Part shown: piece by piece, positions 1 to 10,995 of the stretch
Layout: every line of letters starts with the position of its first letter
Position numbering within the stretch: position 1 is the first letter of the stretch
NCBI GenBank assembly: GCA_963788195.1
Contig: CAWBGA010000005.1
Location: 128,001 to 192,000 of the forward strand
Length of the DNA: 64,000 bases
Origin: Nitrospirota bacterium
GTDB taxonomy: Bacteria; Nitrospirota; Nitrospiria; Nitrospirales; NS-4
Direction of reading: 5' to 3'
Program-made: the position numbers and the translations under genes
The notes under the pieces: model-generated
The model's database searches: none
Seen by the model: only the letters and a program-made list of their open reading frames with translations
What the model was told of the DNA's origin: nothing

Positions 1-1013
1 GTATCCTGGAGCGCGTAGGGATTCACCTTCCGGTGTCCCTGACCAATACGCCCTTCGAAGGCGGTATCATGAATCTGCCGGCGGCATTGATAGTGCTCGT
101 ATTGACGGTCTTACTGGTCATCGGCATCAAAGAGAGCGCGCGCGTGACGAGCATCATCGTCGTCATTAAGATTGCCGTCGTGCTGTTCTTCATCGTCGTG
201 GGAGCGTTCGCGGTAGATCCTGCAAACTGGTCTCCGTTCATGCCCAATGGCTTTGCGGGCGTTGGCGCCGCCGCCGCCATCATTTTCTTTGCCTACATAG
301 GATTTGATGCGGTCTCTACCACCGCCGAGGAAGCTCGCAATCCGCAGCGCGACGTCCCGATCGGGCTCATCGCCTCATTAGGTATTTGCACCATTCTCTA
401 TGTTATCGTAGCCGCGGTTCTAACGGGAATAGTGCCCTATGAGCAGATTCATGTCAAAGCTCCGGTCGCGGAGGCCTTGAATTCGGTAGGCATACGATGG
501 GGAGGAGCCCTGGTCGCCACGGGTGCCGTCGCGGGAATCACGAGCGTCCTGATTGTGATGCTCCTCGGGCAGATCCGTGTCTTCTACGCGATGTCCCGCG
601 ACGGTTTGCTGTGGCCGTGGCTGTCGGCCGTTCATCCCAAGTATGGGACGCCGCACCACGCGACAGTTGTGACGGGAATCTCGGTCGCCATCCTTGCGGC
701 GTTGGTGCCAATCGGTGAAGCAGCGAACCTGACGAACATCGGCACGCTCTTTGCTTTTACGTTAGTATGCGGCGCAATCATTGTCTTACGACGGACAAAT
801 CCTAACCAGCGCCGGCCATTCCGTACACCCTTTGTCCCTGTCATTCCGATCCTGGGGATGCTGTCGTGTATCGGCCTCATGCTGTTTTTGCCCGCCATGA
901 CCTGGTGGCGTTTTTTGCTGTGGTCTCTGATCGGAGTCGCCCTTTACATCGGTTATGGTTTGCGTCACAGCAAAATGCGGGTGCCTGAGATCACCAAGGT
1001 ATCACCTGCTTAA
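1..1013 (+). CDS. APC-family amino acid permease (5' end outside window)
   Basis: Multi-TM ORF with FFAYIGFDAVSTTAEEARNPQRD and RVFYAMSRDGLL motifs. Confidence 0.9.
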   Translation, partial: ILERVGIHLPVSLTNTPFEGGIMNLPAALIVLVLTVLLVIGIKESARVTSIIVVIKIAVVLFFIVVGAFAVDPANWSPFMPNGFAGVGAAAAIIFFAYIGFDAVSTTAEEARNPQRDVPIGLIASLGICTILYVIVAAVLTGIVPYEQIHVKAPVAEALNSVGIRWGGALVATGAVAGITSVLIVMLLGQIRVFYAMSRDGLLWPWLSAVHPKYGTPHHATVVTGISVAILAALVPIGEAANLTNIGTLFAFTLVCGAIIVLRRTNPNQRRPFRTPFVPVIPILGMLSCIGLMLFLPAMTWWRFLLWSLIGVALYIGYGLRHSKMRVPEITKVSPA

Positions 1014-1102
1014 TGCATTCCAACCTGGGAAATCTGATGCGTAATGCTACAGTAAACGGTAATACCCGACCCGGGTTTCCTCGCACAGACGAAAGGATAA
1101 TC

Positions 1103-1867
1103 ATGAAAGAGACCAGGAGTCATGCGCTTGCTCTGGGTCTTGTTTTGGCCATGATTATCATGACAGCGGACGCCGGCCTGCTTTGCATCCCCGCAAACGC
1201 CGCGGAGCCACTCGAGGAGGTCGTCGTCAAGGACACCAAGCTCACGCTCGAGGATGCGGACACGGAAGATTACGATCCGTGGGAGGGGTTCAATGAAAAG
1301 ATGTTCAACTTTAATTACAAACTGGATCGTTATGTCTTCAAACCGGTAGCAAGGGTCTATAACGAGATAGTGTTGCCGGGGGAACAGCAAGCCATCCACA
1401 ATGCCTTTGACAACGTCGCCATGCCACGGCGCTTTATCAATAGCCTACTTCAAGGAAAATTCAAGGGAGCCACTCGCGAGATCGCGCGTTTCGTAATCAA
1501 TTCAACGCTGGGTGTGGCGGGCTTGGCGGATGTAGCGAAGTACCAGTTCAATCTTGAAAAGAGCGACGAAGATACGGGGCAGACCTTCGGTCACTACGGG
1601 GCCGGGCCGGGGCCGTATCTCGTTCTCCCCTTTTCCTCCCCGTTGACCGTCCGCGATGCCATCGGCTTCGTGCTCGATATCGCCATGGATCCCCTTACTT
1701 ATGTCTTGCCCGCGCTCGGCTCCATCGGGAAGAAGACCGAGGACATTGTGAACGAACGGGCGCTCAACCTTGATACGTATGAGAATGTGGAGGAGGCCAC
1801 CCTTGATCTCTACAGTGCAGTCCGTAACGCTTATCTGACGCGACGCAAGCAGCAAATTGCGGAATAG
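1103..1867 (+). CDS. mlaA: VacJ/MlaA-family protein, paralog 1
   Basis: DPWEGFNEKMFNFN, RFVINSTLGVAGL, EDTGQTFGHYG, GPYLVLPF; start taken at ATG 1103 after AAGGA. Confidence 0.85.
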   Translation: MKETRSHALALGLVLAMIIMTADAGLLCIPANAAEPLEEVVVKDTKLTLEDADTEDYDPWEGFNEKMFNFNYKLDRYVFKPVARVYNEIVLPGEQQAIHNAFDNVAMPRRFINSLLQGKFKGATREIARFVINSTLGVAGLADVAKYQFNLEKSDEDTGQTFGHYGAGPGPYLVLPFSSPLTVRDAIGFVLDIAMDPLTYVLPALGSIGKKTEDIVNERALNLDTYENVEEATLDLYSAVRNAYLTRRKQQIAE

Positions 1868-2056
1868 TAAGGCGAGTTAGTCTCCCGCCCTAGACAGTAT
1901 GGTTCCCACTGCAGTGACTTAAATCCATTGCTTTCAATGACCTAAGTGCGGTTAGGCAGATGTGGGTTGTCACATCTGTCACCCGGCTCATGGCGATCTG
2001 AATAGCGGCCGATAACACCCCTGGACCACGAACTTCCGAACAAGAAAAGAGGGTGT

Positions 2057-2920
2057 ATGCGGAATCACAAGACCTACATGGCGCTCGCAGTTATCATGTC
2101 CGTCGGGACGCTTGGGGTCGGACCGTTGCACACTCCCGACACGAACGTGCAGCCTCTTGAGGAGGTCGTTGTTCATGATACCAAGCTTGACCCGGATGAT
2201 TCGGGAATGGAGGATTACGACCCCTGGGAGCCGTTTAACGAGAAGATGTTTAGCTTTAACTATAAACTGGACCGTTATGTGATCAAGCCCGTGGCAAAAG
2301 TGTATAACGAAATCGTGCTGGATGGAGAGAAACAGGCCATTCGTAATGCGTATGACAACATCGTCATGCCCCGGCGCTTTATCAACAGCATGCTTCAGGG
2401 CAAATTCCGTGGCGCCGGCCGGGAGCTTTCGCGTTTCGTCATCAACTCAACGCTTGGTGTGGGCGGATTGGCCGATGTGGCCAGGTATCAGTTCAATATA
2501 GAGAACAGCGACGTAAATAGCGCCGATACCTTCGGCTTCTACGGCGCCGCGCCCGGCCCATATTTGGTCCTTCCGTTCTTGCCTCCCTTTACGGTTCGGG
2601 GCGCCGTCGGATACGCCTTCGATCTTGCGCTGGATCCGATTAGTTACGTGCTGCCGCTCGCCGGGAGCTTCGGCAAGACATCAGAGGACATCGTTAACAA
2701 TCGCGCAGTCAACCTCGAAAACTATCAGAGCGTAGAAGAAGCCACCCTCGATCTGTACAGCGCCGTTCGCAACGCGCACCTTACCGAGGCAAACCGCAGA
2801 TCGCACAAGGACCCTTTCGGATCCGACTCAAAATTGACGATCCAAACCAAGATGAACTGCGGCAACAGTGCACCATCCCAAGCCAACGTGAGCGGCGTGA
2901 ACACAATCCCCAGCTGCTGA
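2057..2920 (+). CDS. mlaA: VacJ/MlaA-family protein, paralog 2
   Basis: DPWEPFN, RFVINSTLGVGGL, GPYLVLPF; colinear with paralog 1. Confidence 0.85.
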   Translation: MRNHKTYMALAVIMSVGTLGVGPLHTPDTNVQPLEEVVVHDTKLDPDDSGMEDYDPWEPFNEKMFSFNYKLDRYVIKPVAKVYNEIVLDGEKQAIRNAYDNIVMPRRFINSMLQGKFRGAGRELSRFVINSTLGVGGLADVARYQFNIENSDVNSADTFGFYGAAPGPYLVLPFLPPFTVRGAVGYAFDLALDPISYVLPLAGSFGKTSEDIVNNRAVNLENYQSVEEATLDLYSAVRNAHLTEANRRSHKDPFGSDSKLTIQTKMNCGNSAPSQANVSGVNTIPSC

Positions 2921-2927
2921 AAACCCG

Positions 2928-3971
2928 TCACAGAATGAGCATTGCATCGCCGTAGCTATAAAAACGGTAGCGGTCAGCGGCGGCCCGGTGGTACGCCTCG
3001 AGGATCCTCTCGCGACCCGCCAGCGCGCAGACCAGGATAAACAGCGTGCTCTTCGGAAGATGAAAATTCGTGAGCATGCCGTTCACGACCTTAAATGTAT
3101 AGCCTGGATAAATAAACAGGTCCGTTTCACCTGAACCCGCAGTCAGGGGAAGGCCCTTCGCTGCCGCGGTCTCAAGCACACGAACACTGGTACTGCCTAC
3201 CGCGATGATCCTGCCGCCGCGCTCTCGGGTTTCGACAATGGATTTCGCGGTGTCTTCAGGCAATTCGTAGGATTCCGGCTCCATGTCATGCTCCCGAATG
3301 TCCGGCGATGTGACCGGCTTGAACGTGCCTGGTCCTACGTGCAACGTAACGGTTGCTGTGCGCACCCCACGAGCTTCCAACTCATGAAACAGCTCGTGGG
3401 TAAAGTGCAGGCCGGCGGTGGGGGCAGCCACGGCACCCGGCCTGCGGGCGAAGATCGTCTGGTACCGATCGCGGTCCATGCCGTTTGCCGTTCGGCGAAT
3501 GTACGGCGGCAAAGGAACGGTGCCGGCCGTCTCGGCATATCTCAGCACGTCGAGATCGGGGGGGAAAGCCACTATTGAGTGTCCGCCCTCCGATGGGAGC
3601 ACGGTAACACAAATATTTTCGGGCAATTCCAATAGCTGGCCAGGCCGGATTTTGCCGCCGACCAGCACCTGCCATGTTTCTCCTCCGGCTTGCGCAGAAG
3701 AGTCTGGCGCGAGGCGGCGCACCAGCAGGAGTTCCACTTTGCCGCCGCTCGGCTTCTTCGTGCCGACCAGGCGAGCAGGGAAGACCCGGGTGTCGTTGAG
3801 TATAAGGAGATCGCCAGAAGCCAGGATCTGGGGGAGCGCGGAAACGCGCTCATGGCTAATCACCCCCGTCTGCCGCTCAAAGATCATGAGCCGCGCGTGG
3901 TGGCGAGGCTCGATCGGTTGCTGGGCGATCAGGGAGGGGTCGAGCGTATAGTCAAAATCTTCAAGCCGCAT
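2928..3971 (-). CDS. queA: S-adenosylmethionine:tRNA ribosyltransferase-isomerase
   Basis: MRLEDFDY start, PLPPYI, AAPTAGLHF, LHVGPGTF, TNFHLPKSTL, YRFYSYGDAMLI. Confidence 0.97.
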   Translation of the reverse strand: MRLEDFDYTLDPSLIAQQPIEPRHHARLMIFERQTGVISHERVSALPQILASGDLLILNDTRVFPARLVGTKKPSGGKVELLLVRRLAPDSSAQAGGETWQVLVGGKIRPGQLLELPENICVTVLPSEGGHSIVAFPPDLDVLRYAETAGTVPLPPYIRRTANGMDRDRYQTIFARRPGAVAAPTAGLHFTHELFHELEARGVRTATVTLHVGPGTFKPVTSPDIREHDMEPESYELPEDTAKSIVETRERGGRIIAVGSTSVRVLETAAAKGLPLTAGSGETDLFIYPGYTFKVVNGMLTNFHLPKSTLFILVCALAGRERILEAYHRAAADRYRFYSYGDAMLIL

Positions 3972-5104
3972 TAACGGGATGGGCGTGTGAGAGCCCGGAT
4001 TTCTGTCCCCGGATAATAATACGTGAGGATCGTTCCGGCGCTGTAGCCGCGTTCCGCAAGAACTTTGGCGCCCCATTGGCACAGGCCCACGCCATGCCCG
4101 GCGCCGCGTCCTGTAAACTGGATCCGCAGGCCGGTCAATTCGAAATCGAACATCGTACTGGCCAGGGTTGTATAGCCGACGATGCGGCGGAGATCTTCTC
4201 CTCGTAGGAAAAGTTCCCCGCCGGAGTGCAGAATGCGCACCTGCGCGACTCGTCCGGAGGGGGAATATGATACCGGATCAATACTGGCGATGATGCCAAT
4301 GGGAAACGCCTCCTCGCGCAAGCGCTGCTCCAGCGCGGCTAGTGAAACATCCGTTCGCCACTGATAGCGGGGAGATTCTATATCGAACGGACACTCAACG
4401 CCTTTGAGGTATGGTAGGTCCATTGACCAGACATATGAAGCGTCTTCAGTTGGGCCTGCTGCGGTGGAGTGATAAGCGGCAAATATCGGAAGCCCCTCAT
4501 ACGTGAGGATCAAATCGCGGGTCTGCTCGACGGCGCGGACCACGGCGGAATTAATGGCGTTGCGCCCACGATAAACCTGGTCCTGTGTGGAGGCGGAAAT
4601 ATCGAAGTCTTTGTTTGTGCCATTTCGAAGCTGATAGAGGGCATACGTCCGTGCAGCAATCGCCTGCACCTTCAACGCCTCCAGGTGCCAGGTTGAATTC
4701 ATTTCGGCCGGTACGACACCTTTAATGTACTCTTCCAAGTCTAATTCATTGATGACCAGTAACCGATGATTCACCCGTTTCACAATGAGCCGCCCCGGCA
4801 AAGCCATTCCGTTCAAGATTATGTCGCCGTTGCGCCCGCGTAACTCGACCTGATCGGTCCGGAGCCGTCGACCGTCCACGATCAATCCGCCGCCACCCGA
4901 GCCAACATCAATCCTGATGGAGCGGGCACGCGAGAACTCATCGCCGCCATGGTGGCTGATAATGAAGCCTTGCGGTGACAGCGATGCGCGACGGATTCAG
5001 CCTGCTGCTGGAGAGCGACCCGGATCGTTTCTGCAGATGTGAGGTCCAGAGGGAAGAAGCACGAGAGCCGCCAGGGCTATACCCGCACGCAGTAAAGCCA
5101 TCAT
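3971..5104 (-). CDS. SpoIID/LytB-domain protein (N-terminal part frameshifted; start approximate)
   Basis: LEEYIKGVVPAEM, EALKVQAIAARTYA, GHGVGLCQWGA, ILTYYYPG; signal-peptide-like N-terminus lies in other frames. Confidence 0.85.
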
Positions 5105-5116
5105 GCGGTTTTCATG

Positions 5117-5347
5117 CTATCTTCGGAAGAGTAACCATAGGATGAGACTCATCGCAACGCTGAGCAGGAGGCTCGTGGTCAGCGGGAAGTAAAATGAAAA
5201 ATTGTCGCGCTTGATGTAGATATCACCGGGAAGCCGGCCAAGGATACTGAGTCCGGGCAGTCGGCCGGCAAAAATCAGCAACGCGCCGACCACCAGGAGC
5301 AAGCCGCCCAGCCCCAGGAGGAATTTACCGAAACCGCTGACATCCAT
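5117..5347 (-). CDS. DUF2905-like small membrane protein
   Basis: LGRLPGDIYIKRDNFSFYFPLTTSLLLS. Confidence 0.85.
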   Translation of the reverse strand: MDVSGFGKFLLGLGGLLLVVGALLIFAGRLPGLSILGRLPGDIYIKRDNFSFYFPLTTSLLLSVAMSLILWLLFRR

Positions 5348-5373
5348 AGCGCGATCATCCACGGCGGGACAGG

Positions 5374-6408
5374 CTACTTTCGCTCACCGTGGAGAGCGGC
5401 TTCAATAAGGGCTTCCGCAATCTGGATGGCGTTCAAGGCCGCCCCTTTGCGCAGATTGTCGGCGACGATCCAGAGATTCAGCCCGTTTGGAATCGATTCA
5501 TCCTCGCGAATTCGGCCAACGTACACCTCATCCTTCCCCGCGACGTCGAGCGGCGTCGGATAGATCTTATGCGAGGGGTCGTCATACACCATGATGCCCG
5601 GTGCTTCGGCAAGCAGGGCCCGGGCCTCATTCGCCGAAAGTTTCGACTCCGTCTCGATGTTGACGGATTCGGAATGGCCGACGTAGACAGGCACACGAAC
5701 CGTTGTCGCGGTCACCTGGATCGTGTCATCGCCCATGATCTTACGCGTCTCGTGGACCATCTTCATCTCTTCCTTGGTATATCCCGTGGCAAGAAAGTCG
5801 TCGATGTGCGGGAGACAGTTAAAGGCGATCTGATGCGGATAAACGGACGGCGTCACCTCTTTGAAGGACAGGAGGTCACGGGATTCCTCCAACAGCTCAT
5901 CCATCGCCTCCTTCCCAGTGCCGGACACCGATTGGAACGTGGTCACGACGATTCGCTTAATGCGCGCGGCCGTGTGTAAGGGCTCCAGGGCGACCACCAT
6001 CTGTATGGTAGAACAATTTGGGTTTGCAATGACTCCTTTATGCCAACTCAGATCCGCCCTGTTCACTTCGGGGACCACCAGCGGTACCCCGGGATCCATG
6101 CGCCAAGCTGCGCTATTGTCGATCACGACCGCGCCCGCCTGTACAGCAAGCGGCGCGAATTTTCGGCTGATCTCGGCGCCGGCAGAAAACAAGGCCAGAT
6201 CAACCCCGGCAAAGGACTCTTCGGTCAGTTCTTGGATGACGAGTTCCTGGTCCTTGAAGGAAATGGTTCCCCCAACGGATCGCGAGGATGCGAGCGGGCG
6301 AAGTTCCCCGACCGGAAACTTCCGTTCTTCAAGGATCGCGATCATCTCCGTGCCGACAGCTCCCGTGGCGCCGACAACGGCCACCGTGTACGAGGCCTTA
6401 CGTTGCAT
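5374..6408 (-). CDS. asd: Aspartate-semialdehyde dehydrogenase
   Basis: VAVVGATGAVG, IANPNCST, RVPVYVGHSE, DNLRKGAALNA. Confidence 0.97.
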   Translation of the reverse strand: MQRKASYTVAVVGATGAVGTEMIAILEERKFPVGELRPLASSRSVGGTISFKDQELVIQELTEESFAGVDLALFSAGAEISRKFAPLAVQAGAVVIDNSAAWRMDPGVPLVVPEVNRADLSWHKGVIANPNCSTIQMVVALEPLHTAARIKRIVVTTFQSVSGTGKEAMDELLEESRDLLSFKEVTPSVYPHQIAFNCLPHIDDFLATGYTKEEMKMVHETRKIMGDDTIQVTATTVRVPVYVGHSESVNIETESKLSANEARALLAEAPGIMVYDDPSHKIYPTPLDVAGKDEVYVGRIREDESIPNGLNLWIVADNLRKGAALNAIQIAEALIEAALHGERK

Positions 6409-6571
6409 GGACTTATGATAGCAGCCTGGCGACCGAGAAAGAAAGCTTCCCGGGGCCGCGCGAAAACTTGTTTTGATACCTGCCGTGTGATATGGATGAT
6501 TGACGCTTACATAATTATACATAATTAATTAACCTTTACGCGATCACACTGCCTGCCAAGCGGGGGAGACG

Positions 6572-6940
6572 ATGAAAAAACAGTTCATGATGAGTGCATC
6601 TCTGTGCATGCTGACGTGCCTCTGGATTACAAGTCCGACGATTGGGGCGTCGCCCGAGGATATCGCCCGTGATCGTCAGGATCTCCTGCAAGACAGGGAA
6701 GAGATTCGGCAGGACAGGCGGGATTTGCGCGAGGATATGGATCAGCGCCGTAAGGACCGCAACCAGCTTTTAAAAGACAAACAGTTGGGGGCCAGTGAGG
6801 CTACTCTCGCGGAGGACCGAAAACAGCTCCACGAGGATCGTAAAGAGATCCAGCGCGCCAAGAAGGAGCTTCGGCATGACCAGCGGGAGGGCCGGCACGA
6901 TCGTCGCGGGCTGCGTCATGAGCGCCGTGAGAACAAGTGA
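6572..6940 (+). CDS. Secreted highly charged helical protein with DRxxLR-type repeats
   Basis: GGGGAG RBS, signal peptide, repeated D-R-x-[DE]-[LI]-[RQ] units. Confidence 0.65.
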   Translation: MKKQFMMSASLCMLTCLWITSPTIGASPEDIARDRQDLLQDREEIRQDRRDLREDMDQRRKDRNQLLKDKQLGASEATLAEDRKQLHEDRKEIQRAKKELRHDQREGRHDRRGLRHERRENK

Positions 6941-7778
<838 letters not shown>

Positions 7779-7788
7779 GGTGAAGGGT

Positions 7789-8685
7789 TCAGAGGCCGGC
7801 CTGGCTGAGAAACTCCTGAGCCACTTCGCGTACCGGCCGATGTCGCCCATCCACCTGGGAGTTGAGCTTCTGCATAGCGGCATCAGTGAATTTTCCCGAA
7901 AGCTCTGCTAGTGCTTCGCGTAATGCGGGGCGCGCTTCAAGGATGCCGGTCCGGACCGCAATCGCTGCCTCATAGGGTGGAAAATAGTGCTTGTCGTCCT
8001 GAAGCACCGTGACATCCATTGTCGCAAGCGATCCATCGGTGGCGTTGCCTGCGACCATATCCACTTGTCTTTGTTCCAGGGCCTTATAGATCAAGCCGAG
8101 GTCCATTGTTCGCACTGCCCCCTTGAGCGGCAGCCCATATGTCTTTAGCAGGCCGGCGAGACCATCCGGGCGCTGCTGGAATTCGTACCCAACACCGAGT
8201 ACCCACCCCGGGCCGTGCTTTGCCGCATCGCTCAACGTTTTCAACTGGCCTCGACGCGCGTCCTCTCCGCGGATGACCATGGCAAACGTGTTATTAAACC
8301 CAAGCGGGTCAAGCCAGGCGACTCGAAAGCGGCTGAGGTATTCAGATTGGACCTGCTGAAACGCCTGTTGCCGATCGCGAGAAGGGGGAAGCTTAAGAAT
8401 TGAGGTCAATGCGGTGCCGGTATACTCAGGGTACAGATCGATGTCTCCGCTCACTAGAGACTGGTGGGCCAACAACGTGCCTCCCAGGTTAAATTTGCGA
8501 TCCACCTTGATGTGTAGCCTGTGCTCCAAATGCTGCGCGACAATCTCGCCCAGAATGAGCTGCTCGGTAAAATTCTTCGAACCTACGACAACGGGCCGCT
8601 CGCGGGAGCAGCCGGTGTTCAAGACCACAACACCAATAAGAAGACTTGCTGCGATCAGGTTACAAGAAATCTGCGCTCGGCCCAT
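7789..8685 (-). CDS. OpuC/OsmF-type ABC substrate-binding lipoprotein
   Basis: NTGC lipobox, VVVGSKNFTEQLILGE, DLYPEYTGT, LGFNNTFA, DDKHYFPPY. Confidence 0.9.
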   Translation of the reverse strand: MGRAQISCNLIAASLLIGVVVLNTGCSRERPVVVGSKNFTEQLILGEIVAQHLEHRLHIKVDRKFNLGGTLLAHQSLVSGDIDLYPEYTGTALTSILKLPPSRDRQQAFQQVQSEYLSRFRVAWLDPLGFNNTFAMVIRGEDARRGQLKTLSDAAKHGPGWVLGVGYEFQQRPDGLAGLLKTYGLPLKGAVRTMDLGLIYKALEQRQVDMVAGNATDGSLATMDVTVLQDDKHYFPPYEAAIAVRTGILEARPALREALAELSGKFTDAAMQKLNSQVDGRHRPVREVAQEFLSQAGL

Positions 8686-9270
8686 CCAAGGCCTCCATCG
8701 GCGAGAAGTGCGATCAGTGCTGCCGGAATGGCGCCGGCCAGAATCAAGGTCGTGTCGAGCGAGGCCAATCCCCGGAAGATGAACACACCAAGCCCCCCGC
8801 CGCCGATTGCTGCGGCGATCGTCGCGGTGCCGATGGTGGTCACAGTCGCGACCCGCAGGCCGGCCAGGATCGTTCGCGCCGCCAGCGGGACCTCCACTTC
8901 CCACAGGAGTTGCCGGTTGGTCATCCCCATGGCGATTGCGGATTCCCGCACGGCGGCGTCTACGCCCAAGTATTCCTGTCAGCGTGTTACGTAAAATCGG
9001 CAACAGCGCGTAGAGCACGAGCGCCAGGATAGCCGTATGCTTGCCGATCCCTCCGATGAACGGGACAGGGATCAAAAAGCCAAACAGCGCGAGACTGGGT
9101 ATGGTCTGCATGACATTGGCGAATCCAAGAACTATCCCGCGCCAGGAAGGTTTGCGCGTGAGCAGGATGCCGCCGGCGATTCCAAGAGCCCCGGCGATCA
9201 GTATGGACATGATGACGAGCCACAGATGCTCGAGGGTGAGATCAAGGATTTCCCGCAAGAGGCTGTCCAC
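8655..9270 (-). CDS. OpuC-type ABC permease (frameshift near 8968)
   Basis: QTIPSLALFG and YALLPILRNT in one frame; ESAIAMGM and IGGGGLG in another. Confidence 0.88.
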
Positions 9271-10014
9271 TCAGGCATCCTTCTTCAGGTCAAGGCAGGC
9301 CAGAAAGGCTTGGGCTTCGGCCGTCGTTGCATGAAGAAATTCAGCAGGCGTCGCCAGCACGTCCAGCCGCCCGTTGTGCAACAGCCCGATGCGGCTGCCC
9401 AGCAGGAGCGCCTCCCGCACATCGTGCGTGACAAACAGGGCGGTCTTGTTGAATTGCCGACGCAGCGAGAGAAACTGGCGCTGAAGCTCTACCCGCGTGA
9501 CCGGATCGAGCGCGCCGAAGGGCTCATCAAACAGCAATAGCGGTGGGTCTGCAGCGAGTGCGCGGGCGACTCCGACACGCTGGCGTTGTCCTCCGGACAA
9601 CTCCCGAGGATACCGCGCCGCGTACTGCTCATACGGAAGGCCGACTTGCGCAAGTAACGTATCTACCCGCTCCCGGACAGCGGACGGCAACCAGCCCTCG
9701 AGGCGGGGCACAAGCCCGACATTGTCGGCGATTGTGAAATGCGGGAACAGACCGACATCCTGAATCACATAGCCGATGCGCCGCCTGAGGCGGATCGGAT
9801 CCGAGGCGGTCGTCGCCACTCCTTCCACCAACACCTCTCCGCTGGTTGGACGGAGCAGATCGTTGACCATTTTTAATGCAGTGCTCTTGCCCGAGCCGCT
9901 GCGTCCCAGCAGGACCAGCGTCTCTCCGGGATGTACCTCCAAGCTTAGATCATGAAGGATCTGCCGGTTCCCGATTCGATACGAAACGTTTTGAAAAGCG
10001 ACAACGGCGTTCAC
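9271..10014 (-). CDS. OpuC/ProV-type ABC ATP-binding protein
   Basis: GRSGSGKST, LSGGQRQRVG, DEPFGALDP. Confidence 0.92.
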   Translation of the reverse strand: MNAVVAFQNVSYRIGNRQILHDLSLEVHPGETLVLLGRSGSGKSTALKMVNDLLRPTSGEVLVEGVATTASDPIRLRRRIGYVIQDVGLFPHFTIADNVGLVPRLEGWLPSAVRERVDTLLAQVGLPYEQYAARYPRELSGGQRQRVGVARALAADPPLLLFDEPFGALDPVTRVELQRQFLSLRRQFNKTALFVTHDVREALLLGSRIGLLHNGRLDVLATPAEFLHATTAEAQAFLACLDLKKDA

Positions 10015-10994
10015 GCCTTGGAAGAAATCTCGTTCGCGGCGATGCAGAGGTTTTCAGCGAACGCCCACTCTCCATCCACCCATTGGGCCTCGCAGATGAA
10101 CCCCGCGCGCTGGGCCATCGCAGGAATCTCCTGGAGGCGAAACTTGTGGCAGGCCTCGGTCCAGATCGTCTCGCCTTCCTGGAAAGTACACGAGAACTCT
10201 GCGGCGGGAATCGAGACGGTCTGCCGGCGCTTCGACCGCAGATGCATTTCGATGCGGCGATGAGCCTCGTTAAAGCGCGCCTCATGCTCGAACTGATCAA
10301 GCACAAAGTCTCCCCCCAGCTCCCGATTAATCCGCGCCAGTAGATTCAGGTTGAAGGCGCGCGTGACGCCTGCCGGATCGTCGTAGGCGCGCAGCATCGC
10401 CGCAACCTCATTTTCCAGGTCCGTGCCGAGGAGCATGGCATCCCCCGGCAGGAGGCATTCACGTATCCGTCGGAGAAACAGATCAGCCGCAGGTCGTTCG
10501 AAATTTCCGATCGTGCTCCCGAGGAACAGCACCAGCAAGGTTTGTCCCTTGTGACGCAGGCGGGCCACATGGGCAAGCCCATCCAGATACGACGTCTCGA
10601 GGCCCACGATGCTGACGGCGCCGAGTTCCGAGAGCTCCTGTCGGCACTTCACCAGTGCGGATGCGGAAATATCGATGGGAAAATAACTGACCGGCTCCCG
10701 GCGTGCCAGGGCCTCAAGCATCCAGCGGGTCTTCTTTCCTGTGCCGCTTCCAAGCTCCGCCACCACCACAGGGGGCGCCAGGCGCTCCAGCACGTCAGGG
10801 GCGTAGCGCCGCATCAGGCGTTCATCAGCGCGCGTGAGGCCGTATTCAGGGAGCAGCGTGATGGCTTCGAACAGCGCGGTGCCGATCTCGTCGTACAGAT
10901 AGATCGAGGGAAGCTCGCGTTGATTGGGCTTGCTCAGGCCAGCCCGCACCTCGGCGGCAAAGGTGAGCAGAGTTGGTGAAGAAGGCGGGGACAT
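10011..10994 (-). CDS. egtD: L-histidine N-alpha-methyltransferase
   Basis: YLYDEIG, LPEYGLTR, ELGSGTGKKT, FLGSTIGNF, AYDDPAGVT, RIEMHL. Confidence 0.93.
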   Translation of the reverse strand: MSPPSSPTLLTFAAEVRAGLSKPNQRELPSIYLYDEIGTALFEAITLLPEYGLTRADERLMRRYAPDVLERLAPPVVVAELGSGTGKKTRWMLEALARREPVSYFPIDISASALVKCRQELSELGAVSIVGLETSYLDGLAHVARLRHKGQTLLVLFLGSTIGNFERPAADLFLRRIRECLLPGDAMLLGTDLENEVAAMLRAYDDPAGVTRAFNLNLLARINRELGGDFVLDQFEHEARFNEAHRRIEMHLRSKRRQTVSIPAAEFSCTFQEGETIWTEACHKFRLQEIPAMAQRAGFICEAQWVDGEWAFAENLCIAANEISSKA

Positions 10995-10995
10995 C

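Noticed and set aside
7789..9270. 493-aa permease/binding-protein fusion shown in the ORF track
   Set aside because: Artefact of one frameshift: the middle is off-frame text, the permease C-terminus lies in another frame, and the binding protein has its own lipobox.
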